Positions 21,601 through 30,535 of a DNA stretch of 64,000 nt are shown here, piece after piece. Both the position numbers and the translations under genes were made by a program. The DNA lies in the NCBI GenBank assembly GCA_965216755.1, contig CBDCGL010000011.1:3456001-3520000 (forward strand), in the 5' to 3' direction. The notes beneath the pieces were generated by a model, which saw nothing but the letters and a program-made list of their open reading frames with translations, made no database searches and had not been told where the DNA came from. This DNA comes from Alphaproteobacteria bacterium. Lineage in GTDB: Bacteria > Pseudomonadota > Alphaproteobacteria > UBA7887. The first letter of the stretch is position 1. Each line of letters begins with the position of its first letter.

Positions 21601-22054
21601 GCCCGCGCAACGACTGGCGCGGTGTCGGGAAATCGTGGCGGCGCCCCGCCATGGCGTCGACGCGGCGTCTCAAAAGGCGTTGGTCGGGGCGGTTATGGCG
21701 GTCTTGCAAGATCCTCAATTCGCGCCGGTTTTTGGCCCCGGAAGTCAGGGCGAAGTGGCCGTCGCGGGCACGCTCCAAAGCGCCGTTTCGGGCCGTCCGC
21801 GCAGCGTATCGGCGCGCATCGATCGGTTGGCGGTAACCGATGATGAAGTCTTGATTGTCGATTACAAGACCGGCCGCAACCCGCCGCAGGAGGTGAGCGA
21901 AACCCCGCCCGCCTATATCCGACAAATGGCTATTTACCGTGCCGCATTGCGGCAAATTTATCCAGACCGGCCCGTGACTTGCGCTTTGTTATGGGTGGAT
22001 TCGCCCGGTCTGATGGCGCTGCCGCGCGCGCTTTTGGATGCCCATATGCCGTGA
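18602..22054 (+). CDS. addA: Double-strand break repair helicase-nuclease AddA
   Basis: ASAGTGKT, TFTRAAAAEM, IDEAQDT, VGD.KQSIYSFQ, MTVHGAKGLE, RLLYVAMTRA, IDRL...DYKT. Start moved to GTG 18602. Confidence 0.97.
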   Translation: MNDAVVPRPNPDALQRRASQPAASIWVAASAGTGKTKVLADRMLRLLLAGTSPQRLLCLTFTRAAAAEMANRLNRQLGEWVKASDDKLRAELEKLTGTPPEPQTLPLARRLFARVLDTPGGMRIQTIHAFCESLLARFPLEAEVAPHFQVLDERSARELIASARDNVLERIRAGAESPLAGALNALTRRLPHDRFLQLFDAVIAERGPLADMIAGAGGIDALVGRLADILGIRGDETPESVIAMAAAEQVFDRAALERATAALRHGAKGDQARATAMHRWLSSDHTGRIEGIDAYVEVFLTKSHAPRRRLATKGALAHDPGVGDILSSECARLLTMVDRQRKVEVAKATGALLRLADGLLVAYEQQKRIHARLDYDDLILRSRDLLIRPGVAPWVLFKLDGGIDHILIDEAQDTNPEQWQVIGALAEEFFAGLGARAVDRTVFAVGDSKQSIYSFQRADPDAFARMRAHFESKALAAAKGWGEVVLNISFRSSAAVLQAVDAVFAHAPANDGVIFDGVPMRHEPFRQGAAGLVELWPPVVDQPTDTPQPWKPSVERVSGDTARARLARLLAAKISSLCDGRTLLESRGRPIEAGDIMVLVRRRSAFVDDLVRALKGLDVGVAGSDRLVLTDHIAVMDLISLGRFLLLPEDDLSLAEVLKSPLCGLDDDDLFALAHDRPATLWQALRARGAERPKWREAHDLLRDLLGRVDMSGVYDLYAEILGPRGGRRALLARIGPEAADPLSEFLTQALRYEREHVPSLQGFLHWLDASAVEIKRDLEHGGGNAVRIMTVHGAKGLEAPIVFLPDTLQTPPPVPALLWAHDGQAVFWAPARWRDRHCDALHDRAEARRDREYRRLLYVAMTRAQDRLYVCGWHGVQAPSKECWYHLIKSGLAAVATEVVDQFLAGDVDAPRGTVYRLSCAQTAPPDIKKSAPPTPRVRDTAWARRPPPPESETAERLIASQPTTPDPAPRSPMTGPGQDAARRGRIVHNLLYLLPNVPPAQRLARCREIVAAPRHGVDAASQKALVGAVMAVLQDPQFAPVFGPGSQGEVAVAGTLQSAVSGRPRSVSARIDRLAVTDDEVLIVDYKTGRNPPQEVSETPPAYIRQMAIYRAALRQIYPDRPVTCALLWVDSPGLMALPRALLDAHMP

Positions 22055-22062
22055 TTGGAGCC

Positions 22063-22092
22063 CTTGACCGGCCGCTATCCCACACCTACATT
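22063..22092 (+). promoter_or_regulatory. Candidate sigma70/RpoH-type promoter of trxA
   Basis: CTTGACC-N17-TACATT, with CCTACAT resembling the alphaproteobacterial CTTG...CCTATAT consensus. Confidence 0.55.
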
Positions 22093-22136
22093 CGTCGGCC
22101 AGCGCACCCAGCGTCACCTGCGGAAGGCCAGACCTG

Positions 22137-22457
22137 ATGTCCACCAAGCACGTATCCGATTCGTCGTTCGAGCAAGACGTGATCAATGCCGCGGAGCCGG
22201 TTTTGGTCGACTTCTGGGCGGAATGGTGCGGCCCCTGTAAACAGATTGCGCCGGCATTGGAAGAAATCGCCAGTGAATATGGCGACAAGATCACGGTGGC
22301 GAAGGTCAATATCGATGAGAATCCGCAAGCGCCGACGCGCTATGGCGTGCGCGGCATTCCCACCCTGATGCTGTTCAAGAACGGTCAGGTGGCGGCGACC
22401 AAAGTGGGCGCGGCGCCGAAAGGCAAATTGGTCGAGTGGATCGATTCGTCGCTGTAA
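22137..22457 (+). CDS. trxA: Thioredoxin
   Basis: [18 protein letters not shown]. Canonical addB-addA-trxA order. Confidence 0.98.
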   Translation: MSTKHVSDSSFEQDVINAAEPVLVDFWAEWCGPCKQIAPALEEIASEYGDKITVAKVNIDENPQAPTRYGVRGIPTLMLFKNGQVAATKVGAAPKGKLVEWIDSSL

Positions 22458-22600
22458 GTCCGGGCTTCGTCGCAGCCATTTTCGTCACTTCAAATCACCG
22501 CGATCTTACGCTTTGACCACTCGTTTTCGCGCGACCGTTTGATATTATCTATGGTTGCGCGCTTGGCGCCGGGTGTTTTCAGGAATCGGGATTGTCGACG

Positions 22601-23260
22601 ATGTTTGCGAATGTTCGCCGTATAGGCTTTACCGTTGGTGTCTTGTTGTTGGTCAACGGCGTGGCGCAGGCCGCCGAACGTTTGGCGTGGGAAGATCTGG
22701 CGCCGGCACTGGATCCCGTCGACGATCCGTATGTGACGCTGACCTATGAGCAACAAAACAACCTGTCGGATGTGTTTTGGGTGCTCAATTTGCGCAAGCA
22801 GGGCACGAGCGGGCCGGAATTCGACATGACCGAGGCCCAGGCACGCAAGAACCTGGAGGCCGCCGGTTTGGACGCCGACGAGCTGATCGCCAAAATCCTC
22901 GCCTTTCAGGAAAAGATGGAAGCGCATGATTCGACGCTGATCGAAGCCTTGGATGGTCAAGAGGTTCAATTGCCCGGCTATGCCTTGCCACTTGAATACG
23001 CCGGTACGACCATTACGGAATTCCTGTTGGTGCCGTATGTGGGCGCGTGCATTCACACGCCGCCGCCGCCGCCCAACCAAATTGTCCACGTCCACAGCAC
23101 CGACGGTTTCGAGGATCTGGGGCTGTTTACGCCCATTTGGGTGACCGGCAAAATGTCGGCGACGCCGAGCTCGCAGTCCTTAAGCTTTGTCGATGGTTCG
23201 TCGGATATCGAAGTTGGTTATGGTCTGCAGGCGACCGAGATTGAACCGTATGAAGAGTGA
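22601..23260 (+). CDS. Exported DUF3299 protein (ZrgD/E-like)
   Basis: Signal peptide, W.DL.P, LDGQ.V.LPGY..PLE, EFLLVPY.GACIH.PPPPPNQIV. Confidence 0.85.
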   Translation: MFANVRRIGFTVGVLLLVNGVAQAAERLAWEDLAPALDPVDDPYVTLTYEQQNNLSDVFWVLNLRKQGTSGPEFDMTEAQARKNLEAAGLDADELIAKILAFQEKMEAHDSTLIEALDGQEVQLPGYALPLEYAGTTITEFLLVPYVGACIHTPPPPPNQIVHVHSTDGFEDLGLFTPIWVTGKMSATPSSQSLSFVDGSSDIEVGYGLQATEIEPYEE

Positions 23261-23268
23261 ACGGGTGT

Positions 23269-24528
23269 TCAGGTCTTGACGGTCATGCCATCGGCCAGCG
23301 ATAGCCGATAGGCGCGGGCCGCCGGCAGAACGCCCGCCAAACAACCGGCTACAACGATCCCCGCCAGGGTCAGCAGCTCCGCGCGGCTCAGTGGATCGAG
23401 CGCCAGATAAAGTCCGAACTGCGCGTCGACGATGGGACGTACGGCCGCCAACACCCCGTAAAGCACGATACACCCGAGGACCGTGCCGGCCAGGGTCAAC
23501 AAACCGGCTTCGGACATGAGCAAAGCAAATGTCGTACGCGGTGGCGCACCGACAGCCCGCAAGATCGCCATTTCGCGGCGTCGCTCGTTGAGCGTGGTCA
23601 GGATCATGGTGACCATGCCCAATAGCGCCGTCAGCACGACCATCGCCGATACCAGCGTCAGCGCGGTTTCGGCCACGTCGACCAGCGACCACAATTCCTG
23701 AAGCGCCACGCCGGGCAAAATGGCGGTCAGCGGCTCGGCGCGATACTCGTTGATGAACCGCTGCAGTTTGAAGGTTGCGACCCGTGGCGTGACACCGATC
23801 ATGGCCGCCGTGACCGCGGTCGGCGTCAATGGCAGGCGCCGGACTTGATCGGGCGTCATGCGGCGGCCCTGCGGCGCGCTGCCGCTCTGCCAATCGATGT
23901 GAATGGCTTCGATTGCTTCCAGGCTGACATGCACGGTGCGGTCGACCGGCGTGCCCGTCTTGCCAAGCACGCCCGCGATGCGAAACGGCTTGTCGGCATG
24001 GTCTTGGGGCGCCAGTGAACCGATACCATGTTCGACCACCAGCGGGTCGCCGACGCGATAGCCAAGCCGCGCCGCGACATCGGCGCCGACAACCGTGTCG
24101 AACAGATCGTCAAACGGACCGCCGGCCGCGAACGTCAAGCCTTGCTGTTTGCGGTATTGATAATGAACAAAATAATCACGGCTGGTGCCGAGGACCCGAA
24201 AGCCGCGATGACTGTCGCCCAGCGACAGCGGCACGATCCATTTGACTTCAGGCCGCGCGGCGATCTCGTCCAGGCTTTCCATGGTGATGTTGGCCGTGGC
24301 GTTGCCGATGCGAAACACCGCATAGAGCAGCAGTTGCACCGCGCCGGCACGGGCGCCGACGATCAAATCGGTGCCCGATATGGTATCGGCGAAGCTGGCC
24401 TTGGCGCCGACCCGGACCTTTTCGACGCCCAAAAACAAGGTCACGCTCAGCGCGATCGCCAGCACGGTCAGCATGGCGGTCAGCCAGCGATTGCGCAGCG
24501 ATTGCAGAGCCAGGCGCAAGATGACCAT
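23269..24528 (-). CDS. MacB/FtsX-family ABC permease (ZrgC-like)
   Basis: SLRNR N-terminus, ISGTDLIVGAR, PLSLGDSHRGFRV.GT, ERRREMAILRAVGA, PA.RAY. Confidence 0.9.
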   Translation of the reverse strand: MVILRLALQSLRNRWLTAMLTVLAIALSVTLFLGVEKVRVGAKASFADTISGTDLIVGARAGAVQLLLYAVFRIGNATANITMESLDEIAARPEVKWIVPLSLGDSHRGFRVLGTSRDYFVHYQYRKQQGLTFAAGGPFDDLFDTVVGADVAARLGYRVGDPLVVEHGIGSLAPQDHADKPFRIAGVLGKTGTPVDRTVHVSLEAIEAIHIDWQSGSAPQGRRMTPDQVRRLPLTPTAVTAAMIGVTPRVATFKLQRFINEYRAEPLTAILPGVALQELWSLVDVAETALTLVSAMVVLTALLGMVTMILTTLNERRREMAILRAVGAPPRTTFALLMSEAGLLTLAGTVLGCIVLYGVLAAVRPIVDAQFGLYLALDPLSRAELLTLAGIVVAGCLAGVLPAARAYRLSLADGMTVKT

Positions 24529-24536
24529 GGCGTTCC

Positions 24537-25262
24537 TCAGCTGGTACGGGCGACGTGGTCAAGACGCAGGGTGCGATCGAACATGGGCGCCAGGGTCTCA
24601 TCGTGGCTGACCATGATCAAGGTCGCGCCGGCGCGCGCCACTTCTTCGAACAACAATGTCAGAAACGCGTGCTGGCGATCGCGATCCAAGGCCGAGGTCG
24701 GCTCATCCGCGACCACAAGATCCGGTTGGCCGATCAGGGCACGGGCGACCGCGACCCGCTGTTGCTGGCCGACACTGAGCTGCGCCGTCGCGCGCCGCGA
24801 CAGTGCATCGCCCAAGCCGAGCCGGGTCAGGAGCCGCCGCGCTTCTTGGTCAACCGGGCCTTGGGCCAACGTGCGACGCCGTCGCGCCGGTGAAAAGCTG
24901 AGCGGCAAAATCACATTGTCGAGCAATGATGCGTAGGGCAAAAGGTTAAACATTTGGAAGATGATGCCAAAATGGTCGGCCCGGAATCGGTCGCAAGCCG
25001 CGCCCCGAAGGCGCGCGATGTCGGTGTCGACCACCCGGATGGCACCGGTGTCGGGACGGGCGATGCCGCAAATCAAACTGAGCAGAGTGGATTTGCCGCT
25101 GCCCGACGGCCCCATCAACAACAGCGTCTCCCCTTTCGTGACCGCGAAGTCGTCGATCGCGATCGTAAAACCGTCGCCGTCGCGCGCCGCATGGCGCCAG
25201 GCGAAGCGCACGCCGGACAGGGCTAAGATCGTATCCGTGTCAGGAGCCGCGCCGGTATTCAC
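24537..25262 (-). CDS. ABC ATP-binding protein (ZrgB/LolD-like)
   Basis: GPSGSGKSTLL, IFQMFNL, LSVGQQQRVA, ADEPTSALD, SHD. Confidence 0.93.
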   Translation of the reverse strand: MNTGAAPDTDTILALSGVRFAWRHAARDGDGFTIAIDDFAVTKGETLLLMGPSGSGKSTLLSLICGIARPDTGAIRVVDTDIARLRGAACDRFRADHFGIIFQMFNLLPYASLLDNVILPLSFSPARRRRTLAQGPVDQEARRLLTRLGLGDALSRRATAQLSVGQQQRVAVARALIGQPDLVVADEPTSALDRDRQHAFLTLLFEEVARAGATLIMVSHDETLAPMFDRTLRLDHVARTS

Positions 25263-25303
25263 GGGGCAAAGCCTGGATAGCGTGGCATGGCGTCAGAAAA
25301 ACA

Positions 25304-25320
25304 ACGATATATCATCACAT
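25304..25320 (-). promoter_or_regulatory. Zur-like box
   Basis: Minus strand ATGTGAT-GAT-ATATCGT has 3 mismatches to ATGTTAT-N3-ATAACAT and lies about 40 nt upstream of the ABC ATPase start. Confidence 0.4.
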
Positions 25321-25360
25321 AAAAGACGTGGTCTTGTCGCGGTGGCCATGGTCGCGCCGC

Positions 25361-25963
25361 TTATTGGGTCAGCGGGCTTTGCGGCAGGTCGCCGGTCCAG
25401 CGAATGTCGTCAAATCGTTCAACCAACGCGGCGTCTTGCATACGGTAAAACATGCCGAACGGGTCGTCGTGGAGCACCTCGAACGTGCCCGCCATCATAA
25501 TTGCGCCGTCGCCGAACTCGACCGGCTCCTCGCAGAAGATTTCGACCATTTGCGATGGCCCAGCCGGTAGGCAAAAGGGGCATCCCGGCGGCCAAGCGGA
25601 GAGCAGAAAGTGATCGTGGCTCTCGCCGCCTTCCAACGGAAAAATAAAGCCCATGATCTTGACCTGTTGCTGGTCAAGCGCTTCGATTTCGTCGGAATAG
25701 GCGACGTGAAACACGGTGCGCAGGGGGGCCAGAACCTCGGCCTCGATATCCATGTTGCCCAGCACGTCCCAACTGACGGCGCCTTCGGGTACTTGATAGA
25801 ACGTGTTGTGGACAGACGGAATGTCCTCAGGTTCGATCAATTCCGGTGTGGCCGGCTCTTCGACCACGTCCTCAGCCGGCGCAGCGCTGGCGAGCAACAT
25901 CACTGCCATGCAGGCAACGACGCTACGGTTGGTCACCGATTTGATCACGTTCACAAGCGCCAT
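25361..25963 (-). CDS. Exported DUF3299-like protein (second type, CPFC motif)
   Basis: Signal peptide, VSWDVL, LDQQQVKI.GF.FPLE, HFLLSA.PP.CPFC.PAGP. TGAGGA RBS before ATG 25963. Confidence 0.78.
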   Translation of the reverse strand: MALVNVIKSVTNRSVVACMAVMLLASAAPAEDVVEEPATPELIEPEDIPSVHNTFYQVPEGAVSWDVLGNMDIEAEVLAPLRTVFHVAYSDEIEALDQQQVKIMGFIFPLEGGESHDHFLLSAWPPGCPFCLPAGPSQMVEIFCEEPVEFGDGAIMMAGTFEVLHDDPFGMFYRMQDAALVERFDDIRWTGDLPQSPLTQ

Positions 25964-26011
25964 GTTTGAATCCTCAAATCCTAGCTGTTCTTTGTTCATA
26001 AGTGTAAGAAC

Positions 26012-27268
26012 TCAGCTGCGTGTTGCAAGTAGCGCCGCGATATCGGCGCGATAGGCCTGGATCGCGGGTATCAACGACGCCGAAAGGCCAATGGCCAGGG
26101 CCAGGCCGACAACATAGGCCTCTTGGGCCAGCACCAAGCCGCCGGTCAGGCCGAGCTCTCGCGCTTCGGGCACGATCCGGCCAAGCAGTTCGGTGACGCC
26201 GTGACCCACAACCACCCCCAGCAGGGCGCCGGCCGCCGCCAACATCAGCCCTTCGACCAGCGGCTGCGCAAAAAGCGTCCGACGCGACGCACCAAGGGTG
26301 CGCATGACGGCCAAATCGTATCGTCGCTCCTGCATGGCGTTCGACAATGCGATAAACACGCTCAAGCCGGCCGTACCGACCAGCAACAGGCCAAAGCCGC
26401 GCAGCGTATCGAGACCTATGCCGACCAGCGACAGCAGGCGGCTCATTTCCAACGCCGGCGACGCGGCGAGCAGATGCTGTTTTTGATTGACTTGCACCGG
26501 CAGTTGGATGGCGGCGATCGGCGTCGTAAACCGGACCAAGAGCGCGGTCACTTCCAACGGTCGCGCGTCTGCGTGCGTTGCGTCTATTTCCGCGGCGTCA
26601 CCGTGCCCGTCCTGTTCCGCGTCGTGCCCATCATGTTCCGCGCCGTGTGGATCGATTCCGTGGGCCAGCCACACGCTTTCGATACTGGTCAACACCAACC
26701 GGTCGATGACGCTGTCGTTCGGTGTCAAAATGCCGACCACTTCCAATGGGTGGTCACCGTGTGTGGTGCCACCGGCGACCAAACCATGACTGCCGATAAA
26801 CTTGTCGCCGAGTCGTAGGCCGGTCTGTGCCGCGACGGTCGCGCCCAATGTCGCTTGGTGAGGTTCCGCCCACAGCGTGCCGGATGCCAGCTTGGCGCCG
26901 TAGTGGTCGACATAGGGTGTTTCCGTCCCGACGATGCGAAAGCCGGCGACATTGTCGCCCAACGCCAGCGGGAAAATCGCGTCCACCAACGGGCTCTGGC
27001 GCCAATAGGCGGCTTCTTCTAGCGGGATGTTACCGGTTGGAATGTCGGCGTGATAGATGCTCGACAAGACCAACTGCAGCGGGCTGCCGGGTGCGCCGAT
27101 GACCAGATCCAGGCCGCGGGCGTCGCGGGTCAAACGATTCTCGAATTGTGCGCCGAACAGCATCAAAACGATGATTGTGCCGATGCCCAGCGCCAGCAGC
27201 ACAATGTTGAGCAAGGCGTTCAGGGCGCGCCCGCGAAGATAGGCAAGGCTAAGCGACAGTAGATTCAC
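26012..27268 (-). CDS. MacB/FtsX-family ABC permease with His/Asp-rich loop
   Basis: DLVIGA.GSPLQLVLSSIYH.D.PTGNI, PLALGD, ERRYDLAVMRTLGA; loop HGIDPHGAEHDGHDAEQDGHGD. GTG start overlaps the ATPase stop. Confidence 0.9.
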   Translation of the reverse strand: MNLLSLSLAYLRGRALNALLNIVLLALGIGTIIVLMLFGAQFENRLTRDARGLDLVIGAPGSPLQLVLSSIYHADIPTGNIPLEEAAYWRQSPLVDAIFPLALGDNVAGFRIVGTETPYVDHYGAKLASGTLWAEPHQATLGATVAAQTGLRLGDKFIGSHGLVAGGTTHGDHPLEVVGILTPNDSVIDRLVLTSIESVWLAHGIDPHGAEHDGHDAEQDGHGDAAEIDATHADARPLEVTALLVRFTTPIAAIQLPVQVNQKQHLLAASPALEMSRLLSLVGIGLDTLRGFGLLLVGTAGLSVFIALSNAMQERRYDLAVMRTLGASRRTLFAQPLVEGLMLAAAGALLGVVVGHGVTELLGRIVPEARELGLTGGLVLAQEAYVVGLALAIGLSASLIPAIQAYRADIAALLATRS

Positions 27269-27942
27269 GGCACGGCGGACAGATCGAGGCGATGGTTGAA
27301 GTGCTCTTGCAGACGCGCGTCGTGGGTCGAAACCACCAAGGTGGCGTCGGATGCGCGCGCTTGCGCCAACAACAACGAAATCACCGCATCGCAATTGGCG
27401 TCGTCAAGCGCCGAAGTGGGTTCGTCCGCCAACACCAACGCCGGTTGATTGATCACGGCGCGCGCGATTGCTGCGCGCTGGCGCTCGCCATGGCTCAATT
27501 GTGCCGGTCGAGCGCCGGTGTGTCCACTAAGCCCCAATTCGTGCAATAGGCGGTCGATCGCCTGGCGATCGGGGGGCAACGCCGCCAACGAGCGCGCCAA
27601 GGCGATATTTTCATACACGGTGAGCGCCCCGATCAGATGCAGATTCTGAAGCACGATGCCGATGGTGCGGCCGCGGAACACGTCCAGCTCGGCCGGTCGC
27701 AACTGGCTGAGCGCGCGGCCGGTGACCAGAACCCGCCCTTGGCTGGGTCGCAACAGGCCGGCTATCAGATGCAACAATGTGCTTTTGCCGCAGCCGGACG
27801 GGCCGTTTATCAGTGCATGTTGCCCGGGTTTCACAATCCAATCATCGATGTCCAGAACCGTGCGCGCACCAAATCGCTGGCGAATTTCGCGGACTTCCAG
27901 GGCGGGCGGAACGGCGCCGGATGTTTCTTGTGATGCGTGCAT
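27265..27942 (-). CDS. ABC ATP-binding protein
   Basis: GPSGCGKSTLL, LSHGERQRAAIARA, ADEPTSALD, STHD. Confidence 0.93.
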   Translation of the reverse strand: MHASQETSGAVPPALEVREIRQRFGARTVLDIDDWIVKPGQHALINGPSGCGKSTLLHLIAGLLRPSQGRVLVTGRALSQLRPAELDVFRGRTIGIVLQNLHLIGALTVYENIALARSLAALPPDRQAIDRLLHELGLSGHTGARPAQLSHGERQRAAIARAVINQPALVLADEPTSALDDANCDAVISLLLAQARASDATLVVSTHDARLQEHFNHRLDLSAVP

Positions 27943-28061
27943 TCAGCGGTGTATCACGGCTGCGTCTTGAAATCGCCGGTGCTGCGGATCGTACTCAGAA
28001 CGGCGAGTCGCCAACATGCCATACGTTAAAGGCAAACGCGAATGAACGAACGACGCGGGCG

Positions 28062-29351
28062 TCACGATTTGCCGGCGTCTTCCTGCAAGGCCGCACCGGC
28101 GAGATAGAGCGAGCCGCAAATCAGCACACGCAACGGTGTTACGGTGCGGCCGAGCGCGGCAAAGGCGTCCGCCAGCGACGCCACGCCCGACGATCGCACG
28201 CGCAATTGGCGGCCGATTGCGGCGATGGCGTCGGCGGTGATGGCATTGGGCTGGCCTGGCACGGTCACGGCGACCAATTGGTCCGCAAACGGGGCGAGTG
28301 GCGCCAGGTACGCCAAAGGTGATTTGGAGGCGATCATGCCAACCACCAGAACCAGCGGACGAGTGTCGGTTTGCCGCCGCAATGTGTCGGCAAGGGCACC
28401 AGCCGCGGCGGCGTTATGGCCGCCGTCCAGCCAAACCGTGCTGCCTGACGGCAACCGCGCAGCCACGGCGCCCGTCAAACGTTGCAGGCGCGCCGGCCAG
28501 CAGGCCTCTCGGATGCCGTCGGTAATGGCGATTTGCGGAACAGCGAAACCCCGGAGATTTTGCAATCCGACCACGGCCATGGCGGCGTTGACGATTTGAT
28601 GCGGGCCGCGCAATCCGGGTTTGGGAAGATCGCGCCGCCCGGTCATCCGGGTAAGTAGAGCGAAACCAGCCGGGCCCACTTCCGCTGTCCAATCACGCCC
28701 GTAAACCGCGGCCGGCGCGCCGATCTGGCACGCGCGCGCGGCGATGGCGCGGCGCGCCACGGCCGGTTGTGGCCCGACAACAACCGGAACGTCGGATTTC
28801 AGAATGCCGGCTTTTTCCATGGCGATGGTGGCCAGGTCGTGGCCGAGAAATTCTTCATGATCGCGCGACACCGACGTGATCAGCGTGAGTCGCGGGTGGG
28901 CCACCATATTGGTGGCGTCCAGGCGCCCACCCAGGCCGGTTTCCAGCAAAAGTACGTCAGCCGCTACGTCGGCGAATGCCACAAAGGCCGCCGCTGTTGT
29001 GATCTCAAAAAATGTGATCGGTTGATCGCCGTTGGCGGCTTCGGTGGTTGCGATCACGCGCGCCAAATGCGCGTCACTGATCGCGGCGCCCGCCAGCACG
29101 ATGCGCTCGTTGAATCGAACCAGATGGGGTGATGTGTAGCGATGCACCCGATGGCCCGCGCGCGCGAGGATGGCGTCAAGAAATGCCACCACCGAACCTT
29201 TGCCGTTGGTGCCGGCAATATGGATCACGGGCGGCAGGTGGCGCTCAGGATGGCCCAGCGCGGCCAATAGGCGCGTCATGCGGCCCAGAGACAAGTCGAT
29301 TTTTTTCGGATGCAGTCGGCTGAGCCTGTCGAGCAAAGGGTCGGCGGTCAC
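28062..29351 (-). CDS. folC: Folylpolyglutamate synthase / dihydrofolate synthase
   Basis: LHPKKIDL.L.R, HIAGTNGKGS, YTSPHLVRFNERI, ETGLGGRLDATN, WPARLQ, DGGHN, CGSLYLAG. Confidence 0.96.
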   Translation of the reverse strand: MTADPLLDRLSRLHPKKIDLSLGRMTRLLAALGHPERHLPPVIHIAGTNGKGSVVAFLDAILARAGHRVHRYTSPHLVRFNERIVLAGAAISDAHLARVIATTEAANGDQPITFFEITTAAAFVAFADVAADVLLLETGLGGRLDATNMVAHPRLTLITSVSRDHEEFLGHDLATIAMEKAGILKSDVPVVVGPQPAVARRAIAARACQIGAPAAVYGRDWTAEVGPAGFALLTRMTGRRDLPKPGLRGPHQIVNAAMAVVGLQNLRGFAVPQIAITDGIREACWPARLQRLTGAVAARLPSGSTVWLDGGHNAAAAGALADTLRRQTDTRPLVLVVGMIASKSPLAYLAPLAPFADQLVAVTVPGQPNAITADAIAAIGRQLRVRSSGVASLADAFAALGRTVTPLRVLICGSLYLAGAALQEDAGKS

Positions 29352-29812
29352 GGGCCGGCCGACGTCTTTGCGCGCAAGTTATCCGCGCCCAGATTTTTTT
29401 TCACCACCAGCAACAGGTCGACCAGACTTTCACGCTGCTGTTTTGATAGCCCGGCAACCAACATTTCATAGAGGTCTTGGGCCGGCGCGCGCATGCTGTC
29501 GATGATCGGCTGTGCTGCGGCGGTGAGAAAAATTCGCTTGGTGCGTCGGTCTTGGGGATCCGCTTTGCGTTCGACCCACCCCTTTGCCTCCAAACGATCG
29601 ACCAGGTTGCCCAATGCCACCTTGCCGATTTCCAAGACGTCAGCCAGTTCGGACTGGGCCAACCCCTGATCGCGGTAGATACAGGTCAGCAGCCACCATT
29701 GTGACCGGGTCAGCCCCAGTGCCATCACGCGCCGATCGAACGACGTGCGAGTCAAGCGGGCGACGTCACCCAGCAGGAAGCCAAGATTTCGATCAACATT
29801 CGAGTCTTGCAT
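29348..29812 (-). CDS. MarR-family transcriptional regulator
   Basis: LGLTRSQW, QSELA, LVDRLE.KGWVER..DP.DRR wHTH. Stop overlaps the folC GTG. Confidence 0.93.
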   Translation of the reverse strand: MQDSNVDRNLGFLLGDVARLTRTSFDRRVMALGLTRSQWWLLTCIYRDQGLAQSELADVLEIGKVALGNLVDRLEAKGWVERKADPQDRRTKRIFLTAAAQPIIDSMRAPAQDLYEMLVAGLSKQQRESLVDLLLVVKKNLGADNLRAKTSAGP

Positions 29813-29836
29813 CGTTGCGAATTAATACTCTAGTGT

Positions 29837-29856
29837 ATTGTACACATATGTACAAT
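29837..29856. promoter_or_regulatory. Palindromic operator, probably for the MarR protein
   Basis: Perfect dyad ATTGTACA-CATA-TGTACAAT in the AT-rich divergent promoter, about 25 nt upstream of marR. Confidence 0.6.
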
Positions 29857-29981
29857 CTGCCCACAGCAGTCGCGGCCCTTTGATTCGGCAAACTCGAAGC
29901 ATGACGTCGATCTGTCAAGTCGTACGCCATGCCAGGTGTTGGCGGGTCTCGGTCGTGAAAGACAGAAGGACACACTTCGTT

Positions 29982-30494
29982 ATGTTCAAGGTTGCCAGTC
30001 AGAAAACAGAATCAACTGCAAAAGGCAGGGCCAGACGCCGCGTGTTGGCGGCGGCCGGTGCCTTGGTGGTGGCGCTGGTGCTCGCCGCCGGTGCGGGTAC
30101 GAGGGATGCCATGGCACAAGATACTGACGCCAATGAAGCCGCTGTTCGGGATTTCGTCGCGGCGTGGTCGAATCTCGACGCGGAAGAGCTGGTCAGCTAT
30201 TTCACCGACGACGGCACCTATCACAACATGATGTTGGAGCCGGTCTCTGGGAAAGACAATCTTGTCCAGTTTATTGATGGGTTCTTGTCGAATTGGACGC
30301 AAACCGATTGGGAAATGATCAATATTATGGCCAGCGGCGACCTGGTTTTCGCCGAACGCATGGATCGTACCAAGATCGGTGATAAGTCAGTCGACCTCCC
30401 ATGCGTGGGTGTGTTCGAGATGGAGAACGGCAAGATCAAGGTCTGGCGCGACTATTTCGATCTCGCCACCTACACCAGCGCCTTTGCCGAGTAA
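29982..30494 (+). CDS. Limonene-1,2-epoxide hydrolase family protein with export signal
   Basis: YHN, ERMD and WRDYFD catalytic motifs. N-terminal RRRVL plus a hydrophobic helix and AMA cleavage site. Confidence 0.82.
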   Translation: MFKVASQKTESTAKGRARRRVLAAAGALVVALVLAAGAGTRDAMAQDTDANEAAVRDFVAAWSNLDAEELVSYFTDDGTYHNMMLEPVSGKDNLVQFIDGFLSNWTQTDWEMINIMASGDLVFAERMDRTKIGDKSVDLPCVGVFEMENGKIKVWRDYFDLATYTSAFAE

Positions 30495-30535
30495 GCGCAG
30501 CCAAGCGAGCGCCCGGCACGCGAGGGAATGATCCC

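Noticed and set aside
15603-22054. Helicase-nuclease pair as an anti-phage defence system
   Set aside because: It is housekeeping AddAB in its canonical tsaE-amgK-murU-addB-addA-trxA context.
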